Source: Marsupella aquatica (Eukaryota; Plantae; Marchantiophyta). From it: a stretch of DNA of 64,000 nucleotides. Below, one piece after another: positions 11,910 through 25,113 of the stretch (positions within the stretch are counted from its first letter, which is position 1; each line of letters opens with the position of its first letter). The DNA lies in NCBI GenBank assembly GCA_973895155.1, contig OZ316895.1, positions 15,134,816 through 15,198,815 on the forward strand. Reading direction: 5' to 3'. A program made the translations under genes and the position numbers. Below the pieces are notes generated by a model. The model was not told where the DNA came from and did not search any database. It saw nothing but the letters and a program-made list of their open reading frames with translations.

Positions 11910-12125
11910 GACTAGATTCCATCTCTCTAAAAACTCTAGGCCACTTTTGGTGGAAATTAGCTAGGTTTTTCTATCTTCGATTAGCTAGTTTCCCACCTGG
12001 ATCACACAGTGTTAGCCAGAATGTAATGATTATCCTTAAATGCAGGGCCATCTGACTGTCCTAACTTACCTTAGGAAAATTACATATGAAGTATGCTTAG
12101 CATCTTCTCCTTCACACAGGGTGAC
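11910..12125 (+). repeat. Dispersed ~200-bp repeat family, copy A (partial duplicate at 11820-11865)
   Basis: Shared blocks tagattccayctct..aaaag / tagctagtttcccacct / tagcatcttctccttcacac. Confidence 0.7.
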
Positions 12126-12339
12126 ATTTGCCATGCAAAATGGCAAAAGTGACAACCCTTGCCCTTAACCCTCACATCATCACTCCCTTACCCTGAACCC
12201 CCACGTCATCACTTGGCCTTCCTGCCTCGTAACTTTGATTCAGGGTTCAAGGTTTAGCTGGCTACTGGTTTTCCAGCTGTCTGTCCCAGTAAACATTGGA
12301 GGCAAGCTTATCACCTATTGGCATGAGGATGGTTTGTTA

Positions 12340-13140
12340 TCTGCGCCACAGGCTTTGCTGCCCCCACTTGGGGGTGGCATGGGGTTGTCAGTGGTAGTGG
12401 CTATTGCTCCTTGTGCGTTACTTGGTGGGTGGGCACAGGTGTGGCTCATGCCCTAGGTTGGACTTCATTGTGGACCTTTGGCCTATCAGGGCGCTTATCC
12501 TCTATAACTATTTCATGGGAGTTGAGAAGGGAGCTCTCCTGTTTCAGTCCCACCTCTGTCATGGTAAGACCCTATTGCCTGAGGATGTGTGGAGTGGGTT
12601 TAATGCTTGTGAGGGGTTGTTTTGGATAGTCCAGACCAAGTTCAAATAGGTGATATATGAGTGACCGCATTCACTCAGAGACTCTTTCTAGCATACTATC
12701 AAATGCACCTTTAGACTCAGTTCACACACTCTTTTATTTTGCTTGGGGCCTTGGTTCAGGGCCTTCCTGCTAGCCCTATATGGGCCCCCTTCTGGATAAG
12801 TTCTTTCATCTCTATCACATCCACACGCCTTTGGCTTGGTCTACCTCACCCGTGCCTCCTGGACCATCCCACTTGTGTTTGTAGTGCATCTCTGGATTGG
12901 GAGGGAGTCCATATTTGTTGCTGTGGTCATGGTAGACTGTAGGATGCATTGGTGACTCATGACAATATTTATGACAAGGTGGCGGCCATCGCCCATGACT
13001 TGGGGTTCCATGTCACAATCATCTTTGTGACCTACCAGAGAGCTTTTTCTTTGTATGGAGTTCCCAGTTGCCCTTTCTTTTGTGTTTAGTGTTTGTCCTC
13101 TCTGATTGCTTTTGCTTTAGTATTTAGTTTACCATAATTG
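12340..13140 (+). mobile_element. Decayed RLE-type (CRE-like) non-LTR retrotransposon fragment
   Basis: Frameshifted or stopped frames give LLPPLGGGMGL (RT thumb-like), TRLWLGLPHP, CVC-x9-H-x3-C zinc knuckle and THDNIYD (RHD-like). These are followed by a T-rich tail similar to the 3' UTR of the copy at about 35000-35300. Confidence 0.65.
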
Positions 13141-14285
13141 GTCTTATATCCAAATTAGCATTTGTCTGTACTTTAACCTTGGTAATGTTTTTGAGAGTGG
13201 GGCCAGCTTTAGCAGAAAATAACACAAATTGTTTTTTACTCATCTTATTTTAGGTTGAAATCCCATGCGAATGAGAATGCCTATATATCAAGTCCTACAA
13301 TTGTTGGGCTATTGTAATCTTTGCTTGTGTTCTCTCTTGCGCACAATGCAAACATGTGCATCATGTTTGGTTGTCTTTGAAATATGTCTCCCTTGATTGT
13401 TTTGATTGATTTTGCTTTGGGGCCACATTATACTCCAAATAGTGTTATGGACAAACAAAATCAGTATTATCCTAATCTTACCTAATGCATGTGCTATATA
13501 ATTCTCATCTGTAATAAACATTTGTAACTTTAATTGAAGCATAAGAGCAAAAAAAAAATGGACTACACAAATAGCATAACCCAACCAGTTCAGGTGAACA
13601 GTGTGGTATCTACTGTACATTTGTGTTTCCCTTTTCACTGTTGTTGGGACCACTCTTTCCTTTCTCTTTGAATCTTCACACATTTGCTACCAGGCGAAGT
13701 GGCTTGCAAGCGAAACAAAGAGGTTCTTAAAAAGTCATGTGATTATTATTTCCATATCAACAGTTCCAGATCTGACTGCACACCGATCTAAAGGGCATAA
13801 TGTCACCATATAAACTTTTTGCTGAGTGGAGGCTTCCCAATGAGCCATAAGTGCCACCTGCCCAAAATACAAACGGAAAACCTGGTTTGGTGCTCTTAGC
13901 ACGTCTGCTTCTTGTTTAGGGCCCTTCCCAGTTTTGGTTGCCCACTATGTACGTGGTTTTGTGAGACCACAAAAAATAGTCTGAACGAAACCTTGTGCAT
14001 TTACTACCCAGAGCTGATCAACATGATTGTACTTTTAACCGTGACCGGCCCTTGACATAGCCATTACCCCCACTACTGTAGTCAAAGTAGACAAAGAAAA
14101 GCATGAAAATCATCATGTCAGCCCTTACAAATCATTGCTAGAAGCCACTTTCTATGACATCAAATCTTGACAAAGTAAAAGGACGCCCTTGCTATTTTTT
14201 CTCATGGAGGGTAGATTTATTGATAGGTACGAAGAATCCATGGTACAGGTGGGTTTGCAGGAAATTCGTTTTAGTGGCAAAAAAA

Positions 14286-14490
14286 TAGCTAGATTACACA
14301 TCACTGAAAAGTATTCCGTTAGTCAGTTTACCATCTAGCCACATTACCCATTAGCCCAAATCTGATGATGTTCTTTACATCGAAGGATATCTGATGGTAA
14401 AAAATCCATGTAGGATTGAAAATTGGATAAAGAACATTCTAGCATCTTCTTTGCCAAGAAAAGAAAACCTTACAGATTAAGCTGGTTTCT
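14286..14490 (+). repeat. Dispersed repeat family, copy B
   Basis: tagctagattacacatc...ctagccac...tagcatcttct. Confidence 0.55.
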
Positions 14491-14595
14491 GTAAAGGAAT
14501 CACCCAAAATAACAGGGCCAGAGATCTTCGACCCAATCCGTCTACCGCCTCAAAATCTATGTTTGCTTTTACTTTCCTGTCCGCAAACTAGAGTA

Positions 14596-14988
14596 GTACA
14601 AATTCCTAACCTACCCCCAAAAGTAGTTTACTTATCAGGTTACCCCCCATTTTATATGGAGATTGCCTTAATTAACCAGAGTAGACATAATTGGTCTATG
14701 GCACCTGGAGGCTTATAATTTGTCAAATCTAACCACTCTGACCATGATAGTGGGCCAGGGAGAGAATTAGGTTTTGCTTGGTAACAAACTAACAATAGTT
14801 GATGCCTGCTTTCTGGTGTCGGATTGGGGAACCTGGTTCACGGCAAAGGTACAGTTGGAGGGGGTTAGTTGAAGTGAATCATGAGCCTCCATTATCCACG
14901 AATAAGCGTAGTTAAGCCAACCCATATACAAAATGGGGGAGCAACCTAAATACTAAATTACTTTAGGGAGCAGAATAGTATTTTTGAC
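14596..14988. mobile_element. Degenerate foldback/MITE, probably related to 33343-33993
   Basis: About 75-bp imperfect inverted arms; shares acccatatacaaa with the 33.9-kb arm. Confidence 0.5.
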
Positions 14989-16926
14989 CAGTTATCGGGA
15001 TAAGATGTTAAAAAACAAGAAAAAAAATATTGCAGTATACATCAAACCACTTGTCAAATATATATCACACAACTGTCAAAGAACGAAAAGTGCCAAACAG
15101 GGGGAACCAAATCAAATTAGATATGATTTTCAAAGTAACAGTAGTGAAGCTCAAAGGGTTTCCAAAGCGGTGAAAAGTCTTCAATCTTTTCCTTTTTCCC
15201 ATTTGTGACCGTTCCCCCCTTTTCACAGCTTTGGATACCCACTCTTGCTAACCTTGCAACTCAGATAGATCAGGTTACTGTGACCAAAAATTGCCCTGTA
15301 GAATTGTTTTTTTGTGGCCCAAATTTGGGGCACTGTTCCATTCTCCTTTCGTTGCCTTTTTTTGAAATTTTGTTTCATTATTTTATTAGGTTGAAGCCCA
15401 GATTGACATCCACCTTTGCCAAAACACTACATTTGCAAGCTGGAGGAACTGCAGCTCACCCTCTTTTCAGCTCACATCAAAAACTAAAATAAGCACTTGG
15501 TGCCCCCAATTTTTACCGCCCTCGTGAATCTTGACATTTGCAGTGCTGAAACAAAATGGGAAACCAAGCACTCAGGAAAGGGTAAGTTTGTCAAAATCTG
15601 AAAAAGAGGGGGCCGGGAGTACTGATTTCTCCAAGCTGGGAAGTACTTATTCCTCTCCCACTTCTTCCTTGCACACTATAATAATGTCGTCTCCAAAAGT
15701 TTTGCCAAAAACAATTCTAATGCCTGAAATTGAATGTAGGTAAAGTGAAAACTGATGCTCCAAAAGCTTCCACACACTGCAAGAAACACATTTGAACTGT
15801 CCAGTATTGTTCTGACATTGGAACTATTTTCTGCAGTCCCCCAAGATTTCTCAAATTGATTCAACTACACGTGTCATGGATGATGTGATGCAAAAGTCTA
15901 GTAGGAAAATGGGTAGGAAGGCTTGAGCACAAGTAGTCTTAAGTCCATTTGAGCTGAGATTTTGGAGCCCGTAAAAAACTTATTTTACCAAATGATGTTG
16001 TTGTCTACAGTTCACTACCTGATTCCTCTAGTCATCTCCCTTACCATCAACTCTTTAATGTAGGGCTTTGGATCCAACCACTGGCAGGAAGAGGTTTGGA
16101 ATATGTGTTGCATTACACTTTCAGCTGATCTTGTAACTGCACATCAAAATATGACATATATGGTGTACGATATCTTTCCATACCATGATATACCTTGTTA
16201 TGTTCATTAAATTAATGAGTGGACACCGTCTATTATCACATTTTGATGTGTGATTACTGGCAGGGCACTGCCATGCTTGAGCTTTAAGTATTACAGTTTA
16301 GTGGTATGGTTGGGGAACCCTACCCGCACGATTCACTACCCGGGCCTGCAAGTGCTCATTGCCCTGTTGATAGTGGCTGGGAATGGAGCATATGGGTGGG
16401 AATACTCTAAATAACACACAAAAGTTGCAATCCTACACTCCCCAGACGTGCAAGGTTTATCCTTTGATTTCAAAATAAGTTGGACCTTTGTTTCCCCTTT
16501 TGGATCTGTCAAGTGCTGTGATCTGTCAATTTCTTGACTGGGGCATTGGATGGGTCTGATGATATTGGTCTGTTGTGCTTAGCTACTAATCCTATTAAAC
16601 AATTATCCATACCATCGTCTATTAACTGTACGTCACACCATTCATAAACAAAATTGTCTTGGTGAATGCCAAATTAATGGCCAAAAGGGTGTCTCCTACC
16701 AAAGTTGTGACTCTACTGACTCCCATGTCTTGAAATGTAACTTACCTGCAATAAACTGTCTGTTTACTTTTTGGAGTATTCTGTGAACCCCGTTTGTGTT
16801 CTCCGCATTCTAGGCTATTTGTGTTTCACTAGCTTTTGTCTATTGCCACCTAATTGTAAGTGGGGTTTCCTATACTAACACACTCCAAACATATTATTTC
16901 CACGAAAGCAAACTGGTTGTCTGTCC

Positions 16927-17152
16927 CATTGTACGTTGTTCAATCATTCTTGAGCAGTGCTTTGCATTTCCCACCCCAGAATATAGCCATTGATTGTACG
17001 TTGTTCAATCATTCTTGAGCAGTGCTTTGTATTTCTCACCTCAGAAAATAGCCATTGATTTTTTCTCTCTCAGTGTCTTTTTAGCAATTGTGGCCATTTG
17101 AAGCAATCTTATTTACTAGTCATATTCTCTCTCAGTGTCTTTTTAGCAATTG
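16927..17152. repeat. Two local duplications (~65 bp x2; ~28 bp x2)
   Basis: attgtacgttgttcaatcattcttgagcagtgctttg x2; ttctctctcagtgtctttttagcaattg x2. Confidence 0.85.
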
Positions 17153-19129
17153 ATTGTTTCAAACGATCAATTTGAAACCATTTGCAAGGATGCTAGGGTT
17201 GCCACATGAGTTGGACTTTCCTGGGACCAAAGCTGATTTCCCTTGTCTGGTTAGGGGGCCTCTGTGAAATGAGGGAGGCACAAAAAAGACAACAATGACC
17301 TAAGTAACAAGAAATGACTAGTACCTTCCAAGGATTTGCTTTAAGATTTAAGCACACTTTTTCATCTCAATAGACCTGCCCATTTTGGTTTTACATGAGA
17401 TTGAGAGTCTTGTACAAGAACTCTTCCAATCCTACTTGGAGTAGAGTGGGTCACTCAAAATGCTTGTGTGGAGAGTGTACTTATGGTCAAAGTTTAGATC
17501 ACCTCCAGCTTGGATTGGTATTTTGTAAAGACTTCCATGCTCACAGTATTAGATTAATGCTAATGCTTGACCAACACTTTCATGAGGTGGCGGCCTACAG
17601 AGATCGGTGGATCAGCGCTGGTAAAACACAACCCATTATTTTGCAAGCCAGTCTTACCTTCATAATTTTATGTATTGCTCTGCCAAAGAATACAGAGTCC
17701 TAAGCAGGGAGACTAGGAGACAGGTTTCCAAATGTAGGAGACCCAACAGAGGAAGAAGAGTCTGCCACCAAAGTTTTAAAATCAGGAAAAAAAAAACAAA
17801 GTACAATGAAAGGAAAGAAAAAGAGGTCCAAAGAAAAAGAGGTCCAAATAGGACAAACACCAAACAAGGAAAAAGAAAAGCAAGTGCAATCCTAAAAACT
17901 GAAGAAGATAAAGGGAAAAGTGTCAATAGAGGGGAGAAAAAAGAGAAAACCCTGGAAGACCAAAGAGGCAAAGAGTTAGAGAGTCACCTTCAGCCAGAGA
18001 GATACTAGATGGACCCCTAAATTGAGAAGTGTTACTTAATGGACCCTATGAGACCCCATGAGATTTTAGGATCGTTTATTCAAGGTCTATCAAGGGTATG
18101 GATCACTCATGGGTTCCACCAAGTAAAGATCTTCATTTTGGGGGTCCATCAAGAATATCTTACAACAAAATATCTACCACCCTACTGAACATTAAATTGA
18201 GAAGCCCATAAAACTCCATTACAAACCATATACGATGGTCACGACAAGAAATTTATCTCTAGGCCCTAAAGCCAACTTCCTAACTTACTCATGACATCAT
18301 CTTGTGCGCAAAACAAGTTTGGACTTGTTTGTGTTGTCTAGTTCATGGTCAGTCATCTATAACTATAATAAAGGATCCCACTTTTTTTCATCCATTGTCC
18401 TAGTACAAAAAAAGCTCATGGGCGGGAAAGATCCACAGCCGTTGGATTCTATTAGCTGTTTTCTCTGACCATTGATGGAATAAATGTGCACCCTTAGCAC
18501 ATATGTGCTTCTTGCTGCCCCATATATGCCCCTGCCCGACTCCCTATGGGCCGGCCCTCCTTGCACAATGCAATGCACTAGGATAGGGCTCATAATGACA
18601 TAAAAAACAAGCTGTTAGTCAAGGATCAAGTTTCTGAGTAGATCCTTTTGGAGCAATTTATTTTTTACCTTAAATAATAAATGATATTGTATTCCTCCCC
18701 AAACAAGAATTTCATGTTTCTGAAAACGGAGTGATTCTGTTTGCTGTGCATCATTATTGCTGTCAAGTAAATAGACCATTCTTAAGTTATATGTTTTCTT
18801 TTCGTCTTCCTCAAATCTATGTTTCTATTTTTTGTCTCACTTTCGTTCTTGTCGCTTTTAAATTTGGACTAATCTAACATTGTCAGCAAGCATGCCTGAC
18901 TTGCCTTGCCTGTTGGTCTGATATCGTACATAGCCTGTGGCAGATTATTTCCAGTGGCAAAAAAAATGCTAAATTTCACCTCACTGAAAAATACATACGA
19001 CATTTGGCAAAAAATTGTCAGCTGTTGGTCTTGAATTATCCAGTTCCCCACCCAGCCATTTTGCCAATAGATCTAGGATTTCTCATGTCTTGGGTGGCTT
19101 GTTTTGTGGTTCCCAAGACGTCATTAGAA

Positions 19130-19400
19130 AAAAATATATACATACTTTTTACAGAAAAATGCCAAATAGAGTACAAAAGAATAAACAAGAGAGGTCCCAA
19201 GTGGACAAAACCAAACGCAAAAGAAGTGAGCAAAAAGAAACACTAAAAACCAAGAAAAAGGAACTAAAAGAAGTGAGCAAAAAAAAACCCCTAAAAACCA
19301 AGAAAGAGGAACTAAAACTACCGCAAATGGACCAAGGTCCTTGTCATACCTAGCAAATGTGACAACAAGCTAGTGGTCTACATCAAGTGTCGAAACTAGG
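19130..19400 (-). mobile_element. Second, more truncated copy of the CRE-like 3' end
   Basis: Collinear similarity with 35050-35335 (e.g. cccaagtggacaaaacc, aaaagaagtgagcaaaa, accaagaaagaggaactaaaa, cacatcaag). Confidence 0.7.
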
Positions 19401-19526
19401 TAAAGTGATCATGTTAAGTTGACATTTCGTGCTAGGTAAAGTGATATTTTGAGGAAGAAAATCAACACTGATGGCAGAAGCCGAACCCAACAGCTTTAGT
19501 GAGAGGTTTTTTCTAATTTCAAAAAT

Positions 19527-19810
19527 TAGCTAGATTCCACCTCTGAAAGTCTTCACCAACAGACCAAAATCGGCTTACCTTTTTGTCTTCCTATAGCTAG
19601 TTTCCCACCTAGCCACGGACCATCTAGTCTAATCTAACGGTTGTCCTTGAATCTATCCTAGTGGGGAGAATCTGCGGCTATTCTTAAACCTAGGGACATT
19701 CACAATCCAATCTAGAACACAGACAAAAATTAGAAATATTCGTAGCATCTTCTAAGATGCCATTCTGGCAAGAAAGAAAGGAAAAAAAACCTTTAAAATT
19801 AAGCTGATCT
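19527..19810 (+). repeat. Dispersed repeat family, copy C
   Basis: tagctagattccacctctgaaagt...tagctagtttcccacctagccac...tagcatcttct. Confidence 0.65.
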
Positions 19811-20526
19811 CGTTCATCCCAATTTGGCAAACGACCAGGATATTTTTCCCTCTCAAACTCCTTTTTGGCCGCCCCCCCCTCCCACTATACATTAAAAAGT
19901 CAGACTTTAATTTAAAGCAGGAAGAGTTGCAAAACGTTCTTCGCCGAAAATCTCATCAAACACTGCACGGCCTCCAGTGCGAGAGCTTTTGTCAAAGAGA
20001 CGATGAAACAGCATTGAATGCTCGTGTCAGGGCCAGCCACGGATGTCCGGTTCCAAACAGGAATGTCGGAAAGATTTTTCTTGATGTTCCTTGTCGGGAA
20101 GAAAAGAGGAACCAGCCACCCCTTCGACGCAACGCAAAGAGCAGAACAGAGAGAGAGACACACACACACACAGCTAGCGAGAGACTAGGCTAGACAGACT
20201 TGAAGCAGAGCAGAAAAGGAAAGAGAAGAAAATAAGCCAGGAGCGCAGAGGATTGAGTGAGAGAACTCACGGATGGAAAGAGCCCGACCACAGACATGCC
20301 AACAACTGGTTCTCCTCCTCTCTCACTTCTGCCTCGTTCGCCAACACAGAGAGGCTGCAATCGCCCGTTCGCTCGTCAGTTCGTTTGTACATTCGCTGCT
20401 GCTGCTGGTACGGGTACTACGGCCACTGAATCAATCGGAAAGGCGCAAATTCCGTAATCATGAATCTCAGAAACCTCAACAACCTCGAGACATGGAGAAC
20501 ACGAGGCGTAAAGCAAAAAACCAGAG

Positions 20527-20770
20527 CTGAGCCGAGCCGAGCCGATCCGATCCGAGCCGAGTCGATCCGAGCCTAGACTAGACTAGACTAGACTAGACCA
20601 GTACCTTCAATGGCAAGCATTTGGCTTGCTGGGGCCATGTGAGGTTACTACTCCCCTAGTCTAGTCTAGACTCCTCTAGTCTAATCTAGAACTATTCCTC
20701 TAGTCTAGTCTAGGGCTACTGCTCTAGTCTAGCCTACGGCTACTCCTCTAGTCTAGACTAGGCTCTAGAG
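20527..20770. repeat. Pentanucleotide repeat complex (GCCGA/TCCGA)n, (CTAGA)n, (CTAGT)n
   Basis: Directly visible. Confidence 0.85.
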
Positions 20771-23700
20771 CAATGGTAGTAGGCTAGTACTACGATAGGG
20801 TTTTCTCGTCTCGGCGGTCTCGCTGAGTGCTACAGTGGAGTACTAGACTAGTATAGATGTGGTTTCCGACATAAAGAAGGAAGCCGTACTACCGGAGAAC
20901 CTCCTTTACTGTAGTTTCGAGACGTCTTTTGCTTTTTGTCTTTTCTAGATTCTCGTGCCTTGCATTGAAACTTTCCTTGTTGGACGGGATTTCATTGACC
21001 TCCACAGTGCAAGCCTTGACGAGAGCCATTTTTATTTTGTTTCTTCGTTTCGTTTTGGGAAAGAAGTGTGAGTGACGACTTCTCTGCCTTCTCGCGGATA
21101 TATGTTTTTTCTAAAGGGGGCTAATGAGACCCTGTGGATTAAACAGCCACTGGCCATATATAAAAAGGGAAGTGTCCAATACTTCCCCTTTTTCCTCGTT
21201 ACATTCACTCCTATTTGGTGCCCTCCTGCTCCACACTTTATGGAAATAATATTTTAATTGGTGAAATCTAGTGGATCCAGATTTTGTCATGGCTAGCCAA
21301 AAACCCCAGTACAAGATAACTTGCATGAACGAACGGGAGGGGAAGGAAAGACTTCTATACATATATTTGAACCGTTGGATTTTCCTAGATGGAATAGGGA
21401 CTGACACTCTGAACTTGAGAAGCATTTGGGGAATTGAGGGGGAAATCTCTCTTTTTGTTTTGTGTTGCGTCTCAGAGCATCTTGAAGTAAGATATAGTGG
21501 ACATTCAACTAGAAACAAATGGGCGGTGAATTTCTTTTCCACCTAGCATGGGTGAATGCTGCCTAGTTTGTCTTTTGAGGGAAAGGCACAACGGCCAAAT
21601 CAATCATCATGAAGCCTTGATGGCGAGTGACCCCTCACAATAACAGGCCAGAAACTCGATTCCATCCAAACCTTTGAGATGGGATTCCAGAATGCTCTTT
21701 TTGTAAAGTAAAACACACTAGTGTCATACTACTTGCAACGTATTCATAGATCTAAGAAAAATAGTATTAACACAGAGTAGAACCAGCCTGGGAAAAAGCC
21801 ATCAGAGGTTGTTTTACTCTCAACTTTTCTACATAAAATATTGTTGATAGTAAGGGATGCTAAGGGGAAGTGTGGTCAAGAATAAGTGAGATGGCCAGAC
21901 AATTGACACTGCAGGGAATGGGCAGGTTTGTTTGGAACTGAATTTCAAGGAGTGTGTGAGCTATGGGAAGAGTGTCTCACGGGTTTGGTATGGAAAAGGT
22001 GGCTGCACAGTAGCACCTTTAAGCCCATCTCATGCTTAGGAAAAAATTCACCATAAATTTTGAATAGTCAACCCATGAGACCTTGGGGGTTGCCCTGGAT
22101 GTATGCTGGTTCATTCTTAAGCAACCTAACTGAAGTCAATTATAGTGGACTAGTGTGCCAGAGTAAGGTAGCCATCGTAGAGTATTTTGGATTGGAGGTT
22201 GAATATGAAAAGGCAAAAGACATGACTAAACTAGATTTTAGGCGTGAAATGATCTGAAATCAAAACTAGCAGACTCAGTTTTGATAATGTCCCCCTTAGT
22301 CACAAAGCTGGCTTACTGAAGAAGTGAAGTAGAGTGTTGAGAACTTGGAAAACTCGAAATTGCATTATTTTGACGGAGGGTAGTCGGGAATGTATCCCAA
22401 AAGGGAGAAAATACACGAGAGGGGGAGGGAGAGCAAAGGACGTCTCGTTTCAATCTTTGTGATCAAGCGTTCTTCGGTCACGGATATACAGTGTATAGTT
22501 CACATTAATTGAATTCGTTGAAGGCAAAGAAACCCATGGTACCTTCTAGTAGGTCGGGACTAGAGGCAGGAAGCAAGAAGGTTCTAGCCAACGTGGTACA
22601 TTGGCAGCAAAATAAGGCGGTGGCCTTTAACCCTCGCGGCAGCTGGGATGCACGTCCGCTCCAGAAGCGTCAATCTCGTAAAGTGTTGTAACTCAAGGCA
22701 ACCTATCATGCCCCAGCATAGTACTACAGCTACTGCCTCCTCGCCGCTACAGTGAAATACTATAGCTGCACAGATTTTGTGCTCTCCTTTTTCTTTTTCT
22801 CTCTAACGGTAGATTTCACTGAAGAGAGATTTTGTGTAGATTTTGTGTTTGACAACGATATATACAGTGCTTGAAATAATTTGAACAACTTGTATAAACA
22901 CGCTTTTCCTTGCGGCCACGTTTACAGCAGGATCGTCGACGGTCCGATGCAGACAGTTCGTCAGTCCCAAGTGATGTTCCTGGTCACTTTAGTTGCACGT
23001 AATCTTCACCAAATTTCAAAGCTCCCAACACATTTTAGATTTGTACTAACAGTCGAGAGGCCAATACGAACCAGACTGAGGCGTTTCTTTCAGTGAAAGA
23101 AATCTAAGCTCAGAACACTGAGTGCGTTCTCGGTTGACAGTCATGATCCACTTCTGTCAATCTAGTCATAGGCCACTTTCTCACATTCGATCATGCGTGC
23201 GTGAGTAGTCGATCGGCTGATCAGGTCCAAACCGGATAATATATGACAGTGCGATTCGTGAGATTGGACTTGGGAAAGAAGCTTTGGCTCTGGACAGTCA
23301 TAATTTCCGTGTTTCACCTGTGAATCCACATCGACCGTACCTTCGTTTCAAACATGGACACTATACAACACACTCCCACTGAGCACATCTGAAACGTCAC
23401 TGGGAATTTTCTGATCTGGTAGATAAGACTGGAAGAGCAACAGTCAAGCATGAGATCGAAATATGAGGAACATTGGACCTTGTGCTCCTCAATCGTGCCA
23501 ACCGGGACAATCTGATCTACTACATAAGTCTCGAAGAACATCATCGAGTATGAGATCGACATATGACTAACAGAGTTGGACCTTGTGCTCCTCAATCGTG
23601 GGTACCGGGACCATCGAATATTCCGTGTTCTGAAGTTTGTCAGCTGGGAGCCTTGGCTTTCTATTCTACTGTAGAAGAGCTGTAGACTTGTGCCTCACAG

Positions 23701-25113
23701 TCTCTTGGGGATTCTCTCCTTCGTATCCATCGCCTTCTGTTTCGTCGAGTTTCCGGCCCTGAATCAAGAACATCACCAGTGGCACTCCTCCACATGCATT
23801 GCGTCTAGCGTGAAGTCTCTTGCAATGGAGGAGGCAGTACACTAAATTTCTTGTACCACGAAATTTCTTGTCCCACGAAGTTAGGGATCTATGCGTCACC
23901 CAGAGACGACGCTCACAAATCCTTCATGTCCGCTTCTCGTTGGTCTGGATCATGACACAATGGGACTTTCTCATTGCCATTCACTTAAACTGTTTCGACT
24001 TTGTGGTCAGCCGGTAGAATTATACTTGAACTTTGGATAGCCCTCTCCCCATAGAAGTATGGCGCTTTATTCCGGAATAAGTGATTATCGTACCGACGGC
24101 TAGCTTCAGGACCTTTCGACCTTGATTCTCACCCAATCACTTCGGGCATGCTGCCATGCCACCGCTAATACTAGCTCCGTGCTCATTCCCATCAGTCTCA
24201 GAGAGGGAGTCATTCGAATGCGGCATTTCTCATTTTCATTGCAAGGGATTGCGACGCAACCAGCAACACCCAAGATTACTAAGAGTGGCCAGAGCGCGTG
24301 CAAGTCTTGCTGCCATCGATCTTGCTGCCATCGATCCTGCGGTCAGTCTGACCTCGCGCGACAACGAAGTAAATCAATCTCTGAGTATAACCTTTAAACA
24401 AACGTACGTACTGAACCCGTGCAGAAAGAAACACAATTGGCCGCCAGAAGTAATAACACTTCGAAGTCTTGCGAGTATGTCTCCGTTACGTATGATTTCG
24501 TCAAGGCAGTTGTTGTAAAGGAATTACAGCACAAGATGATGATAATAATACTAGACAAGCAGGCAACGCAAGAACTTTCCATTACTCAACATTTGTTTCA
24601 GATTCATCGACCGAATGGCTGTAACCAAAGTCATTTGCTGCTGCGCAACATTTTTTGATTGAGCAATCAAACAACAACTATCCACAAAAGGAATGTCTGA
24701 TCGAAAACTTCTCGACTGCGAACTGAATCTATCGTAACCGTACAAGCCTTGAAGTTTCTACGTCCCGCTGGGCCTCCAGTTCAACGTAGAGGTAGCTTAT
24801 TATTGTTATCTGCGGCCCGATCTACTCCCGCATGCTGTACCTGTGAACTCTTATCCATTCTGCGACTCTATAGCCTTCCCGTGCGCCACTCAAATCGGTT
24901 ATCAAGATCAAATTTCCCTTCCTATCGGACCTTTCGTGTTTCCTGTCGTCCCTACTTCCCCTCGCGAATTCTCTTCTGACAGTGTCTCCGAAGCATCGAT
25001 TACTGCTGGTCCATTCATTACGAAGAAGAAAAATGGACCCACGCCGCATCGATGTAATGGATCGAGTTCTATATCCTATCCAACCATTGCACACATGGGC
25101 CTGACTACGCTAT

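Noticed and set aside
17660-18008. Lys/Arg-rich and Phe/Leu-rich antiparallel ORFs (also 19015-19353 and 34922-35177)
   Set aside because: Compositional artefacts of purine-rich retroelement 3' UTR sequence.
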